From: an uncultured Verrucomicrobiae bacterium
Lineage (GTDB): Bacteria; Verrucomicrobiota; Verrucomicrobiia; Chthoniobacterales; JAFAMB01
Length of the DNA: 64,000 bases
Assembly: GCA_963762565.1 (NCBI GenBank)
Contig: CAVXLD010000011.1
Span: 1-64,000 of the forward strand
Direction of reading: 5' to 3'
Within the stretch, counting starts at the first letter, position 1. The number at the start of each line of letters is the position of its first letter. The position numbers and the translations under genes were made by a program. Of this stretch, positions 27,946 through 37,489 are shown one piece after another. The notes beneath the pieces were generated by a model. That model did no database searches. It was not told where the DNA came from and was given only the letters and a program-made list of their open reading frames with translations.

Positions 27946-28989
27946 ATGAAATCGATCCTTATCGTACAACTTAAACGGTTAGGTGATTTGATCCTCACCA
28001 CGCCGGCGCTGGCAGCCTTACGGGAAAAATATCCAGGATCGCAAGTTACAATTTTGATCGATCATTACAGCCGGGATCTGGCGCCCGCTCTTCAACATAT
28101 CGATGAGGTCTTAGTCTATGAACGGAAGCGTTCGTTTCCTGTCTGGTTCCAACTGCTCCGGCGAGAGTTCGATCTTTGTATTGACTGTACCGGGACCGAT
28201 CGGTCCGCGCTGATCTGTTTTCTATCGAAGGCATCTCATCGCGTGATTTTCCGCTCAGTTGCCCGGCACCGGTTCCGTTCTTGGGTCTACACAGAGCTGG
28301 TGGACGTTTCCGTTCGCAACTGCCACACGATCGATCTCTATTTGAGCTTGGTCCGGTCGGGAAACCACCTGTCGCGCAGTAGCGAAGCGGAGGCGGATGC
28401 ACCTCAACATGGCCTAGAACTCTCCTTGCCGGAAGCAACCGTAAGGTCGGCTCAAAAAGTGAAGTCGAAGCTGGGTGTCTCCGGGCAGTTTTTTGTGGTG
28501 CATCCCGGAACGGCCAGGCGGGAGAAGTACTGGGTACCAGAGCGCTGGGCCGAAGTTCTCCGCTACCTGCAAGATCGGTTACAGCTTCCCGTTGTCATTA
28601 CCGGCGGCATAGATTCCGAGGAATCGAAACATATCGACACAATAAAAAGCTTTCTCAGTCCTGGATTCCCGGTATCGAATGTAGCCGGACGGATCGACTT
28701 CCTGCTCACCGCAGCCTTGATTCGTGAAGCCGCTTTTTTTATTGGGGTGGACACCGCGGCCGCCCACGTTGCCTCTGCCTTTGCCCGTCCACAGGTCGTT
28801 CTCTTCGGGCCAACCAACCCCTATCACTGGCATCCTACCCATTCGGGGAGCCGGGTAGTTAGAGCCGGATTTGGCGAAAATTACGAACCAAGTAATCCCA
28901 GAGAAAAAGGCGGACCGATGACTGATCTATCGACCAGCACGGTGATCAATGCTATTGAAAGTGTCTTGAAGACAGGAGCTAGGAGCTAG
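27946..28989 (+). CDS. Glycosyltransferase family 9 (LPS heptosyltransferase-like)
   Basis: Motifs RLGDLILTTP, HPGTARREKYW and GVDTAAAHVASAF..PQVVLFGPT. Confidence 0.92.
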   Translation: MKSILIVQLKRLGDLILTTPALAALREKYPGSQVTILIDHYSRDLAPALQHIDEVLVYERKRSFPVWFQLLRREFDLCIDCTGTDRSALICFLSKASHRVIFRSVARHRFRSWVYTELVDVSVRNCHTIDLYLSLVRSGNHLSRSSEAEADAPQHGLELSLPEATVRSAQKVKSKLGVSGQFFVVHPGTARREKYWVPERWAEVLRYLQDRLQLPVVITGGIDSEESKHIDTIKSFLSPGFPVSNVAGRIDFLLTAALIREAAFFIGVDTAAAHVASAFARPQVVLFGPTNPYHWHPTHSGSRVVRAGFGENYEPSNPREKGGPMTDLSTSTVINAIESVLKTGARS

Positions 28990-29166
28990 AATCTAGGAGC
29001 TAGTAGGGGCGCCGTTATCTCGATAGCGGGAACAAGAAATTGAAATGAACTTTTTTAGAGCGATTGATGGACCAGTTGATTGAAGATGCTGAAGGATCTA
29101 ACTCGCCCGAGACCAAACAGTGATCCTCCTAGCTCCTAGCTCCTAGATTCTAGCTCCTAGCTCCTG
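28973..29166. repeat. AGGAGCT / AGCTCCT heptamer bracket
   Basis: Perfect 31-bp IR (28973-29003 with 29136-29166). It encodes the upstream GARS* end and stops 5 nt before the msbA ATG. Confidence 0.92.
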
Positions 29167-29171
29167 CCTTA

Positions 29172-31001
29172 ATGAGTAAACCGAAATTTTCGCTTCGCGA
29201 GACCTTCCGAACTGCCATCGGTCCGTACCGCGACCTATATCCCTTTCTAAAGCCTTACAGAGTCCAGTTTATCCTGGCGCTGGTTTTTGGAGCATTGTTT
29301 GGAGCGGCTACCGGACTGTTCCCTTTGGTGATGAATCACGTGAATTCCTACGTGTTTCCCCACGGGCACAACTGGAAGGATCTTTCGCAAAGTAATGCGG
29401 GCAGCGGAGCCGATGTCAACCTCGCCTTACTCTATTGCTCAGCAATTCCTTTCATTTTTATTCTCCGCAGCGGCTTCGATTTCTTGAATAGCTATCTGAT
29501 GGCTTGGGTCAGCCTGCGAGTGTTGACCGATCTCCGCTGCAAGCTCTACCAGCATATTCTTGCCCAATCACTTGAGTTCTTTAATCGCGAACGAGCAGGT
29601 AACCTGATGTCGCGGGTGATTAACGATACTCGCCAGGCGCAGACCGCTCTCACCAGTATTAGTAGCGATCTCATTAAACAGCCAATCACTATTGTTACTG
29701 CAATGGGTACGCTGCTCTATCTCGATTGGAGATTTACCATCGGCAGCCTGGTGTTATTTCCAGCCTTTTTAGTTCCGATTCTCTTGTTTGGTAAACGAGT
29801 CAAAAAACAGGGCAAACTTGAAGAGCAAAAAGTCGGTTTCATGATGACGGCGCTCCAGGAAGCATTCTCCGGAATTCGGGTTATCAAGGCGTTCGCTCGT
29901 GAAGATCGGGAATCGGCTCATTTTAGCCAGTTGAGCGAAGAGGGTTTTCGCAACGCTGCCAGAGTAAGAAAAGCCATAGAAGTGGTGAGTCCGTTGGTAG
30001 AGGCAGTCGGCGCCGTCGGCGTTGGGTTAGCGCTTTTCTATGTTTGGTATTTTCATTTAAGCGCTCCCAGGTTGATCGCTTTGCTGATGGCCATGTTTTT
30101 CCTGTATGACCCAGCAAAAAAACTGAGCCGTATTCATCTGGTCATGCAGCAATGCTTTGTGGCGACTACCAACGTCTTTGAGATCATGCGGATGAAGCCG
30201 GCTATTGAGGATCGGCCTGGCTCCGTTGCTATCTCCGAAAGCAAAGGTGATATCCGGTTCGAAAACGTTATGTTTCGTTATCGCCCCGAATTGCCGACGG
30301 CGCTGAATAGTCTCAACCTTCATATTGAGCCCGGGAAATATTTCGCTTTAGTCGGCGCCAGTGGAGCCGGAAAGAGCACGATCCTTTCGCTCCTGCTTCG
30401 CTTCTATGAGCCTGAAGCCGGCGCGGTACTACTGGACGGCACTGATACCCGTACCATCACCCAACAGTCGTTGCGCAACCAGATCGGGATTGTGACCCAG
30501 GATACGTTCCTCTTTCACGATAGCATCTTGAATAATATTCGTTATGGCCGTCTCAATGCTACCGAGGAGGAAGTGATTACCGCGGCCAAGAGCGCCTTTG
30601 CTCACAATTTCATTATGCAACAACCCAATGGCTACAACACGGTTATTGGGGATAAGGGTTGTCTTCTGTCCGGGGGTCAGCAGCAGCGGGTTTCAATTGC
30701 TCGCGCCTTGCTAAAGAACGCTCCCGTTCTTCTGCTAGACGAGGCAATGTCCGCGCTGGATTCTGAGGCCGAACGCGAAATCCAAGAAGCCTTGGAGCGG
30801 CTAAGCCAGGGCCGGACGGTGATTGCCATCGCGCATCGCCTTTCCACGGTGTTGAAAGCGGATCAAATCGTCGTCATGGATCGCGGCGAGATTCGTGAAA
30901 TGGGAACCCATCGGCAATTGTTGGAAAGATCAACTTTGTATCGCCGCCTTTACGACCTGCAATTTAATGTCCAGGCCGAAGAGCTGGTCGATGTGGCGTA
31001 G
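29172..31001 (+). CDS. msbA: Lipid A flippase-type ABC exporter
   Basis: TMD plus NBD with GASGAGKST and LSGGQQQR; LPS gene context. Confidence 0.8.
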   Translation: MSKPKFSLRETFRTAIGPYRDLYPFLKPYRVQFILALVFGALFGAATGLFPLVMNHVNSYVFPHGHNWKDLSQSNAGSGADVNLALLYCSAIPFIFILRSGFDFLNSYLMAWVSLRVLTDLRCKLYQHILAQSLEFFNRERAGNLMSRVINDTRQAQTALTSISSDLIKQPITIVTAMGTLLYLDWRFTIGSLVLFPAFLVPILLFGKRVKKQGKLEEQKVGFMMTALQEAFSGIRVIKAFAREDRESAHFSQLSEEGFRNAARVRKAIEVVSPLVEAVGAVGVGLALFYVWYFHLSAPRLIALLMAMFFLYDPAKKLSRIHLVMQQCFVATTNVFEIMRMKPAIEDRPGSVAISESKGDIRFENVMFRYRPELPTALNSLNLHIEPGKYFALVGASGAGKSTILSLLLRFYEPEAGAVLLDGTDTRTITQQSLRNQIGIVTQDTFLFHDSILNNIRYGRLNATEEEVITAAKSAFAHNFIMQQPNGYNTVIGDKGCLLSGGQQQRVSIARALLKNAPVLLLDEAMSALDSEAEREIQEALERLSQGRTVIAIAHRLSTVLKADQIVVMDRGEIREMGTHRQLLERSTLYRRLYDLQFNVQAEELVDVA

Positions 31002-31017
31002 GGGGGTGGCGCCATTT

Positions 31018-31250
31018 GTGGAGCGCTGGCTTCTCGCGGCCGCGTGGCAGCTGCCGGACCCAGCGCCGGGAGGGATCGCGTCCCCGCGATCCGTTGTTCT
31101 CGAAGCCCACGACAGACCCGAGGGAGCGTTATGCTATGTCCACAATTATAGGCCGGTTCCCGGCGCGCGGGGACGCGCGCCCTCCCCTCGTCAGGTGCCT
31201 ACGCAATTTCCTTGGGTTGACGCGCATGCGCGGCCGCGGGACGAGGCCGG
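31018..31250. repeat. REP-like composite (GGAGGGCGCGCGTCCCCGCGCGCCG family)
   Basis: 31064-31186 is homologous to 47048-47234 and forms an inverted GGAGGG-type doublet. Confidence 0.75.
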
Positions 31251-31295
31251 GGCGAGCAGCGCGATAGCGTTACTCACGCTATAAACTTTTCGCTC

Positions 31296-31733
31296 CTACG
31301 GAGCTGGCGACGACGTGTCAAATCGCAATTTTCGCAGGCGATCGAACGCTTTTTGCACGTCGGGATCCGAAATATATTTCTGAGCCTGCTCGGCCAGCTT
31401 CGTACCGACGGCATTCAGCTCGGCGGCAAACGCGACGAGTCTCTCTTGGGCCCGCTCACAGGTTGGTAAGGAAGCGTTGCTATGGGTTTGGGAGAGGCTG
31501 GTCACTTGCGGGCTGAGCCCTCGAAGTGTGGCAGTTAACTCCTCGGTTGCTGAAGTGAAAAGGTTCACAGCGTCGGCGAACTGATGCCCATCTGTTGCCT
31601 GGTCGAGCTTCTGGCTGGATTGCCGAATTGCCTGAATATATTGGTCGACCGCATGGGCGTAGTCGTCGCAGGGATCAGCCAGGGCACAGCTTGCCATCAA
31701 TCCCCAGGCAATAAATAACATTCCTCGATTCAT
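31296..31733 (-). CDS. Secreted helical hypothetical protein
   Basis: Signal peptide ending ALA, two Cys, amphipathic helices. Confidence 0.7.
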   Translation of the reverse strand: MNRGMLFIAWGLMASCALADPCDDYAHAVDQYIQAIRQSSQKLDQATDGHQFADAVNLFTSATEELTATLRGLSPQVTSLSQTHSNASLPTCERAQERLVAFAAELNAVGTKLAEQAQKYISDPDVQKAFDRLRKLRFDTSSPAP

Positions 31734-31843
31734 GTTATGATTATGCCACTCTGTCTAACAGCGCCGAGGCTATCGGTCAAATCATAAACCAGCGACAACG
31801 GTCAGCCTTCGGTACCGTTCCCGCTCGTTCAGGGCGCTTCCGC

Positions 31844-32761
31844 TCATTGCAAAACCAAGTCTGGATGATGTTTTCGCCAGTACCGGCACAATCCGGTAAC
31901 ACTCATGGCGGCTGGGTCCGCCTGTTCGTATGCCAGCAGATCCGATGGAGAAGCCCCGACGGCAAGCAACTGGTCCTCGGTAAAACGGCGGAATTCAGGG
32001 AGGATCTGCTCTTCAGATTTGCCTTCTAACAATCGCTCTTTCATCCAAGCCGCCCAATCTATAAGCCGGGTTTCCAGCTCTGCCAGGTGGGCCTCTGGTT
32101 TCTCGCGTACCCCGAAGTGAGTAAGAACGAGTTGTGCCGGGCTAAGCGCACGAATCCGGTTCATTGATTCCTTCCATTTTTCAATGTTTACGTCCGGCGG
32201 AGGACAAGGTGGAAATATTGGTCCTTTTCCAATGGCCACACCGGCAACATCCCCTGCAAACAGGGTCTTAGTTGGCTCGAACCAAAAGGCGTTGTGATGT
32301 TGCGCGTGTCCGGGCGTTTCTAAGACGGTCAGCTTCAAGTCTGCCACTTGGATTTCTTGGTTGTCGGCTGTTACCGCAACGGAAGCCGCTGGGAGTCCCT
32401 GAATTTCGCCCCAGAGATGACCCATTCGCTCGCCGTAAATTCGAGTCGCACTCGCCACCAATTTACCCGGATCGATCATATGCGGCGCCCCAATAGGGTG
32501 AACGTGGACGGTTGTGCCGAACTCCCGCTGCCAGCGCCAAGCGCCGCCATTATGATCGAGATGAATATGGCTGGCCAGAAGGTGTTTTACATTCGCAGCA
32601 CCTAAACCGCGCTGATCCAGTTCGCGAACTACGTTTTCGAACACGGTTTCCGGTCCGCAATCGATCATGACCAAGGTGCCGTCTGCCGCTTCCAGTACCG
32701 CGACGCAAATCACATTGGGCGTGTTTAAGTGGAGCGCATCAATCAGGTGAAGCATGGCCAA
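31844..32761 (-). CDS. MBL-fold metallo-hydrolase
   Basis: Motifs SHIHLDHNGG, TPGHAQHH, LFAGD and THFG. Confidence 0.92.
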   Translation of the reverse strand: MAMLHLIDALHLNTPNVICVAVLEAADGTLVMIDCGPETVFENVVRELDQRGLGAANVKHLLASHIHLDHNGGAWRWQREFGTTVHVHPIGAPHMIDPGKLVASATRIYGERMGHLWGEIQGLPAASVAVTADNQEIQVADLKLTVLETPGHAQHHNAFWFEPTKTLFAGDVAGVAIGKGPIFPPCPPPDVNIEKWKESMNRIRALSPAQLVLTHFGVREKPEAHLAELETRLIDWAAWMKERLLEGKSEEQILPEFRRFTEDQLLAVGASPSDLLAYEQADPAAMSVTGLCRYWRKHHPDLVLQ

Positions 32762-32800
32762 TCGACTACCCCAAGTACTGGATCGAGTCTAGGGCAGACC

Positions 32801-33025
32801 GTGTCTGGCGTGTGGGCGTACGGGCGTATGCGGAGGCGCTGGGCCCTGCGAATGGATGGGACCTATGGGACTCATGGGACTAATCGGACTAATGGGACAC
32901 GACCCATTGGTCTTATCGGTTCCTATAAGTCCCATTCGGTCGCAGGGCGGATACGCGGTATCGTGTGCTGCTAATTGGCAACGCCGACACGCCGAACAAA
33001 CGCCGAACGCCAAACGCCAAACGCC
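32801..33025. repeat. Nested 8-mer / 9-mer / 7-mer bracket
   Basis: GGCGTRYG left arm, ATGGGACYN / GTCCCAT inner pair, ACGCCGAC plus RAACGCC right arm. Confidence 0.8.
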
Positions 33026-33077
33026 TCCGCAGCACGTTTCCACTTGCCTCCAGCCTCAGACCAACAAAAACTCAGAA

Positions 33078-33842
33078 ATGGATTTCAGTGCGAAAACCGT
33101 TCTCGTTACCGGCGCTGGAAGTGGAATTGGTCGGGCCATCGCTGAGACCTTTTCGCGCCTTAAGGCTCGAGTGCTTCTTCACGATATCAATCCCGCGGCT
33201 GCTGATTTGGCGGGTAAGATTGGCGCAGAGTTTTGCCCCGGTGACTTAAGTGATCCCAGTGCGGTTCGCCGACTTGCCTCGGCCGCCCTCGAAAAGGGTG
33301 GGGGTAGAATCGATATCCTGGTGAACAATGCCGGCTTTCAGCACATCGCTAAGGTCGAGGAATTCCCCGAGGAAGCTTTTATCACCATGATTCAGGTGAT
33401 GTTGATAGCGCCATTCCAGCTCATTCGGGCGCTGTTGCCGGGTATGAAAGAGAACGGCTGGGGGCGAATCATCAATGTGGCCAGCATCCACGCCGTTGTC
33501 GCCAGCCCTTTCAAGTCGGCCTACATCAGTGCTAAACATGGTCTCCTGGGTTTGACTCGATGTGTCGCCTTAGAGGCGGCCCCGTTCGGAGTGACGGTCA
33601 ACGCCCTTTGTCCTGCTTATGTGCGAACACCGCTGGTCGAGAAACAGATTGCGGATCAAGCCCGGGAACATGGACTGACGGCGGACGAAGTCGTGCAAAA
33701 GATCATGCTCGAGCCGGCGGCTATAAAACGCTTGATTGAGCCTTCCGAAATCGCTGATTTTGTCTTGTATCTCTGTTCTGAGCCTGGGGCGATTATCACC
33801 GGTAGCGCACAGATGCTCGACCTGGGGTGGACCGCCAGATAA
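33078..33842 (+). CDS. 3-hydroxybutyrate dehydrogenase (SDR)
   Basis: Motifs TGAGSGIG, NNAGFQH, SPFKSAYISAKHG and VRTPLVEKQI. Confidence 0.88.
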   Translation: MDFSAKTVLVTGAGSGIGRAIAETFSRLKARVLLHDINPAAADLAGKIGAEFCPGDLSDPSAVRRLASAALEKGGGRIDILVNNAGFQHIAKVEEFPEEAFITMIQVMLIAPFQLIRALLPGMKENGWGRIINVASIHAVVASPFKSAYISAKHGLLGLTRCVALEAAPFGVTVNALCPAYVRTPLVEKQIADQAREHGLTADEVVQKIMLEPAAIKRLIEPSEIADFVLYLCSEPGAIITGSAQMLDLGWTAR

Positions 33843-34149
33843 GCCTGCGACCCGGCAAATGTAAGACGCATTTGCCGGGTTGCAGGCTATGGCAGCCGAA
33901 CACTCCGGCTACGCCGGAACACTGGGCTGCTGTTTTCGCAAAAAACAAGGAATTTGGATCGTCGCTTTTCTTGAATCGGGGTAATAAGACCGTGCCTGCT
34001 TAGATCCATATCACGTGCATTTTGTCGTAAATTTACCAAAAACTCGTAGGCGAAGGATCCGTCTCCGCGATGTCGCGGAGACGGGTCCTTCGCCTGTCAT
34101 AGCCTGCATCGCGTACAAATGCCTGACGCATTTGTACGCGATGCAGGCT
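33842..34149. repeat. AGCCTGC...GCAGGCT hairpin family, inverted pair
   Basis: Hairpins at 33842-33888 and 34101-34149. Confidence 0.85.
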
Positions 34150-34194
34150 TGCGTACAGAGGGGCAAATCCTTTATCGATAGCCAGTACCACCAG

Positions 34195-34821
34195 ATGAAA
34201 CACTTACTTCACGGCCTGAGCGCTTGCCGTTTTTGTCTTTTTCTAGCCTTTTTAGTGCTTGGTTGGGTGCCAGCGCAGGCTGACTTTCTATGGTTCAAGC
34301 AGCAGCAGAAGGCTCAGGTGACGCCTCCGAGCCAGTTGCTCAATAAGCAACAGCCCGCCATCTTCAATCGCGAAGTTTACGACCGCCTGAACCCCGAGAA
34401 TGTAAACATTCTGGTGTCCCTCTCCCGGCAACGTCTGTACGTGACACTCGGGCAGGATGTCGCCATTGATAGCCCGATCTCTTCCGGCAAAGCTGCCCGT
34501 AGAACCCCGAGCGGCAATTTCACCGTTCTGCAAAAAGATCCAGACCATCGTTCGAGCGTGTACGGTAATTTCGTTGATTCCAGCGGGCGGATCGTGCGAG
34601 GTGGAGTCAGCGCACTAATCGATGCGGCTCCGAGCGGTAGCCATTTTGAAGGCGCACCCATGAGATGGTTCATGCGGTTAACCTGGGAAGGTGTAGGGAT
34701 GCACGTAGGAATACTACCGGGTTATGCTGCCTCCCATGGTTGTATCCGGCTTCCCGCAGAGGTCGCTCAAGCGTTATACGCCAAAGTGAAGGTTGGTACT
34801 CCCGTAAAGGTAGTCGACTAA
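34195..34821 (+). CDS. L,D-transpeptidase (YkuD family)
   Basis: Motifs SPISSGK..TPSG and GMHVG..ASHGCIRL; N-terminal signal-like segment. Confidence 0.9.
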   Translation: MKHLLHGLSACRFCLFLAFLVLGWVPAQADFLWFKQQQKAQVTPPSQLLNKQQPAIFNREVYDRLNPENVNILVSLSRQRLYVTLGQDVAIDSPISSGKAARRTPSGNFTVLQKDPDHRSSVYGNFVDSSGRIVRGGVSALIDAAPSGSHFEGAPMRWFMRLTWEGVGMHVGILPGYAASHGCIRLPAEVAQALYAKVKVGTPVKVVD

Positions 34822-34823
34822 GC

Positions 34824-35108
34824 AGCCTGCGCCGCTGCTAAATGCGTCAGGCATTTAGCAGCGGCGCAGGCTATGGCAAGAGACGGTCCTAACGGCGGGA
34901 CCATCTCTTGCAGTCCCGATGAGACTAACCGTCACGACTGACCTAGCAACACCGCGCCCGATGTTAGCTTTGTCGCTCAGAATCCCCCTATTTCGAATGT
35001 CCTTCTTTTCAAAACCAAGCCGCAGAATGCTCGGCGTAGTCCGGGCATTCTGCGGTTACAGCCTGCGCCTTTCGCAAATGACAGATGCATTTGCGAAAGG
35101 CGCAGGCT
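34824..35108. repeat. AGCCTGC...GCAGGCT hairpin family, inverted pair
   Basis: Hairpins at 34824-34872 and 35060-35108. Confidence 0.85.
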
Positions 35109-35147
35109 CTTGACAGATCTAGTTCCCCAATTGATAGGGTTCGTTTG

Positions 35148-36302
35148 ATGTCATCTCCCCTCAGGTTCAATTTCTCCAAATTCCCAGAAGGTGGTCTAAT
35201 AATTGTAATACTAGTTTTGGGAATCTTGCTGTCGATTTTCGGCGGTGAGGTGCAGCGTCCGAAAATGATAATGGGGCCTGACGGTCATCTGACCAGGGCC
35301 ATGGAAAAGGACGCCTCTGGCCAAGAAACCCCTGCATTCATCAAGGTAAATAACTTCTTTAACGCCGAAACGCTGACCCAGATTGCCAAAGACACTAGCT
35401 TCTTCGCGATCATGGCGGTCGGTGTGACCATAGTGATCATCACCGCTGGCATCGATCTCTCTGTCGGCTCGGTCTATGCTTTGGCTGCCGTGGGCGGCGC
35501 TATGTTCATGAACCAATTTGGTTCTGATGGTGGGCCGGCGGGTGCTCTGGGAGGTGTCTTGGTTACCCTTTTAGTAGCCTTTGTTTGTGGGGCGCTTAAC
35601 GGGATCATGATCGTCGGGTTCAACGTACACCCATTTATTATCACCCTTGGCACTATGGCGATCTATCGGGGAATTGCCTTTGTGCTGACCAACGGCCAAT
35701 CGATAGGCGGCTTTCCCCAAGACTTCCGCGACTTTGTACGGCAAGGGGTAATCGGTGATCTGAGCTTGGTGCCTTTAATTGTGATGATACTGGTGTGCAT
35801 TGTCGGCGGAATCTTCCTAGCGAGAATGGCCATCGGTCGCAAAGTTTATGCGATTGGAGGCAACGAAACCGCGAGCCGGTATAGCGGGATCAGAGTAGCG
35901 AGAGTTAAACTACTAGCCTACATAATCAGTGGACTCACCGCTGGTATTGCCGCCGTACTAGCCCTGGGATACTATGGAGCTGCATCTTCCGGGGACGGTC
36001 AGGGTTACGAGTTAACCGTGATAGCCGGAGCGGTAGTAGGCGGCGCCTCGCTGTTCGGAGGTAAAGGCAGCGCCCTGGGAGCGGTGTTAGGCGCTATCAT
36101 CTTACAGATGATTGCAACCGGCATCGTTATCATCGGAATTCCCCAAAGCTATAGCCAAATCGTAACCGGCGTCGTCGTGATAACGGCGGTATTGCTCGAC
36201 CAATTCAATCGTTGGATCAGCGATCGGCGACTGCTGGCCCAGACGGCCCATATCAAGAAAGAGGTCGTGGAAGCGTCCGACACTCCGGTTTCCGTCAACT
36301 AG
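35148..36302 (+). CDS. Monosaccharide ABC permease (RbsC family)
   Basis: Motifs GIDLSVGS, PFIITLGT, YAIGGNE and GYELTVIAGAVVGG. Confidence 0.92.
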   Translation: MSSPLRFNFSKFPEGGLIIVILVLGILLSIFGGEVQRPKMIMGPDGHLTRAMEKDASGQETPAFIKVNNFFNAETLTQIAKDTSFFAIMAVGVTIVIITAGIDLSVGSVYALAAVGGAMFMNQFGSDGGPAGALGGVLVTLLVAFVCGALNGIMIVGFNVHPFIITLGTMAIYRGIAFVLTNGQSIGGFPQDFRDFVRQGVIGDLSLVPLIVMILVCIVGGIFLARMAIGRKVYAIGGNETASRYSGIRVARVKLLAYIISGLTAGIAAVLALGYYGAASSGDGQGYELTVIAGAVVGGASLFGGKGSALGAVLGAIILQMIATGIVIIGIPQSYSQIVTGVVVITAVLLDQFNRWISDRRLLAQTAHIKKEVVEASDTPVSVN

Positions 36303-36327
36303 TCTTTCCTAACAACCCCCAAAAAAC

Positions 36328-37290
36328 ATGATAAAAAAAATAACATTAACGGTTACAAGCCTCGTTGGCTTGTTGGCAGCAACTGGTTTTGCTGCCGAAA
36401 AAACGTACGTATTCGGCATTGTTGCCAAGTCCAACAATAACCCCGTCTTCCAAGCCGCGAAGACCGGAGCCGAAGACGAAGCTAAGAAACTAAGCGCGGA
36501 ACACGGAGTTAACGTCAAGGTCGATTGGCGCACACCAAATGAGGAAGATCCTCAGAAGCAGGTGCAGGCAATCGAACAGTTAGTTAACGAGGGAGCCGCC
36601 GGCATTGCCGTCAGCTGTTCGGACGCGAACAAATTGACCGACGCTATCAATAGCGCCGTGGCCAAAGGTGTTCCGGTGGTTTGCTTCGACTCCGATGCTC
36701 CTAAGAGCAAGCGCTTAGCGGACTTTGGTACCGACGACATCGATTGCGGTCACAAAGTGATGGAACAACTCGCCAAAGAAATGGGCGAGAAAGGTGTTGT
36801 GGCTATCCTAGCCGGTAACCAGAATGCACCGAACCTGCAGAAGCGAGTGGCAGGTGTTAAAGAGGTAGCCAAGAATTATCCGGGCATCAAAATCCTTGAT
36901 ACCTTCTACCATAAGGAAACCCCGCAGGACGCAGCCGCCGAAGTAGAAACCGTGCAACAAGCGCATCCGGAGATCACTGGATGGGCGATGGTTGGCGGTT
37001 GGCCGCTCTTCACTGACAATGCGCTAAAGTTTGCGCCAGGCTCAGTAAAGGTAGTCGCAGTCGACGCGTTACCCGCCGAGTTGGGTTACCTGCGTGACGG
37101 TCACGTTCAAGTGCTATTGGCCCAACAGGTTTACGAGTGGGGTACCACTTCTGTTGATCTGCTGTATGCCAAAGCTGCCGAGAACAAGAATCCGCCATCG
37201 AGCTTCGTCAAAGGTCAATTGATCCCTGTGACCAAAGATAACGTCGACGAGTACGCTAAGAACTGGGATAAGTGGCTGCCAAAGAAGTAG
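36328..37290 (+). CDS. Monosaccharide ABC substrate-binding protein (RbsB family)
   Basis: Signal peptide, NPVF and GVPVVCFDSD. Confidence 0.9.
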   Translation: MIKKITLTVTSLVGLLAATGFAAEKTYVFGIVAKSNNNPVFQAAKTGAEDEAKKLSAEHGVNVKVDWRTPNEEDPQKQVQAIEQLVNEGAAGIAVSCSDANKLTDAINSAVAKGVPVVCFDSDAPKSKRLADFGTDDIDCGHKVMEQLAKEMGEKGVVAILAGNQNAPNLQKRVAGVKEVAKNYPGIKILDTFYHKETPQDAAAEVETVQQAHPEITGWAMVGGWPLFTDNALKFAPGSVKVVAVDALPAELGYLRDGHVQVLLAQQVYEWGTTSVDLLYAKAAENKNPPSSFVKGQLIPVTKDNVDEYAKNWDKWLPKK

Positions 37291-37316
37291 GCACGCAATA
37301 CTAACCTACTAACATT

Positions 37317-37349
37317 TGCTCCCGGAGTTCGTGCTGAGCTCCGGGAGCA
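37317..37349 (+). other. Stem-loop after the binding-protein gene
   Basis: TGCTCCCGGAGTTC / GAGCTCCGGGAGCA with no clear U-tract; may stabilise or attenuate the mRNA. Confidence 0.5.
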
Positions 37350-37360
37350 GTCTTGAAAAG

Positions 37361-37487
37361 GTGATTAGTGATTGGTGATTGGTGATTAGTGGAAGATCCC
37401 GCATGGCGGAATGTCGATACGAAACTCGAGCTCGCTAGCTAGTCACACCCGTCTTCCACCAATCACCAATCACCAATCACTTCTCAC
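37361..37487. repeat. GTGATTR / YAATCAC bracket
   Basis: The right arm ends 2 nt before the ATG at 37490 and shares CCGTCTTCCACCAATCAC with the four-helix-bundle cassette. Confidence 0.9.
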
Positions 37488-37489
37488 TA

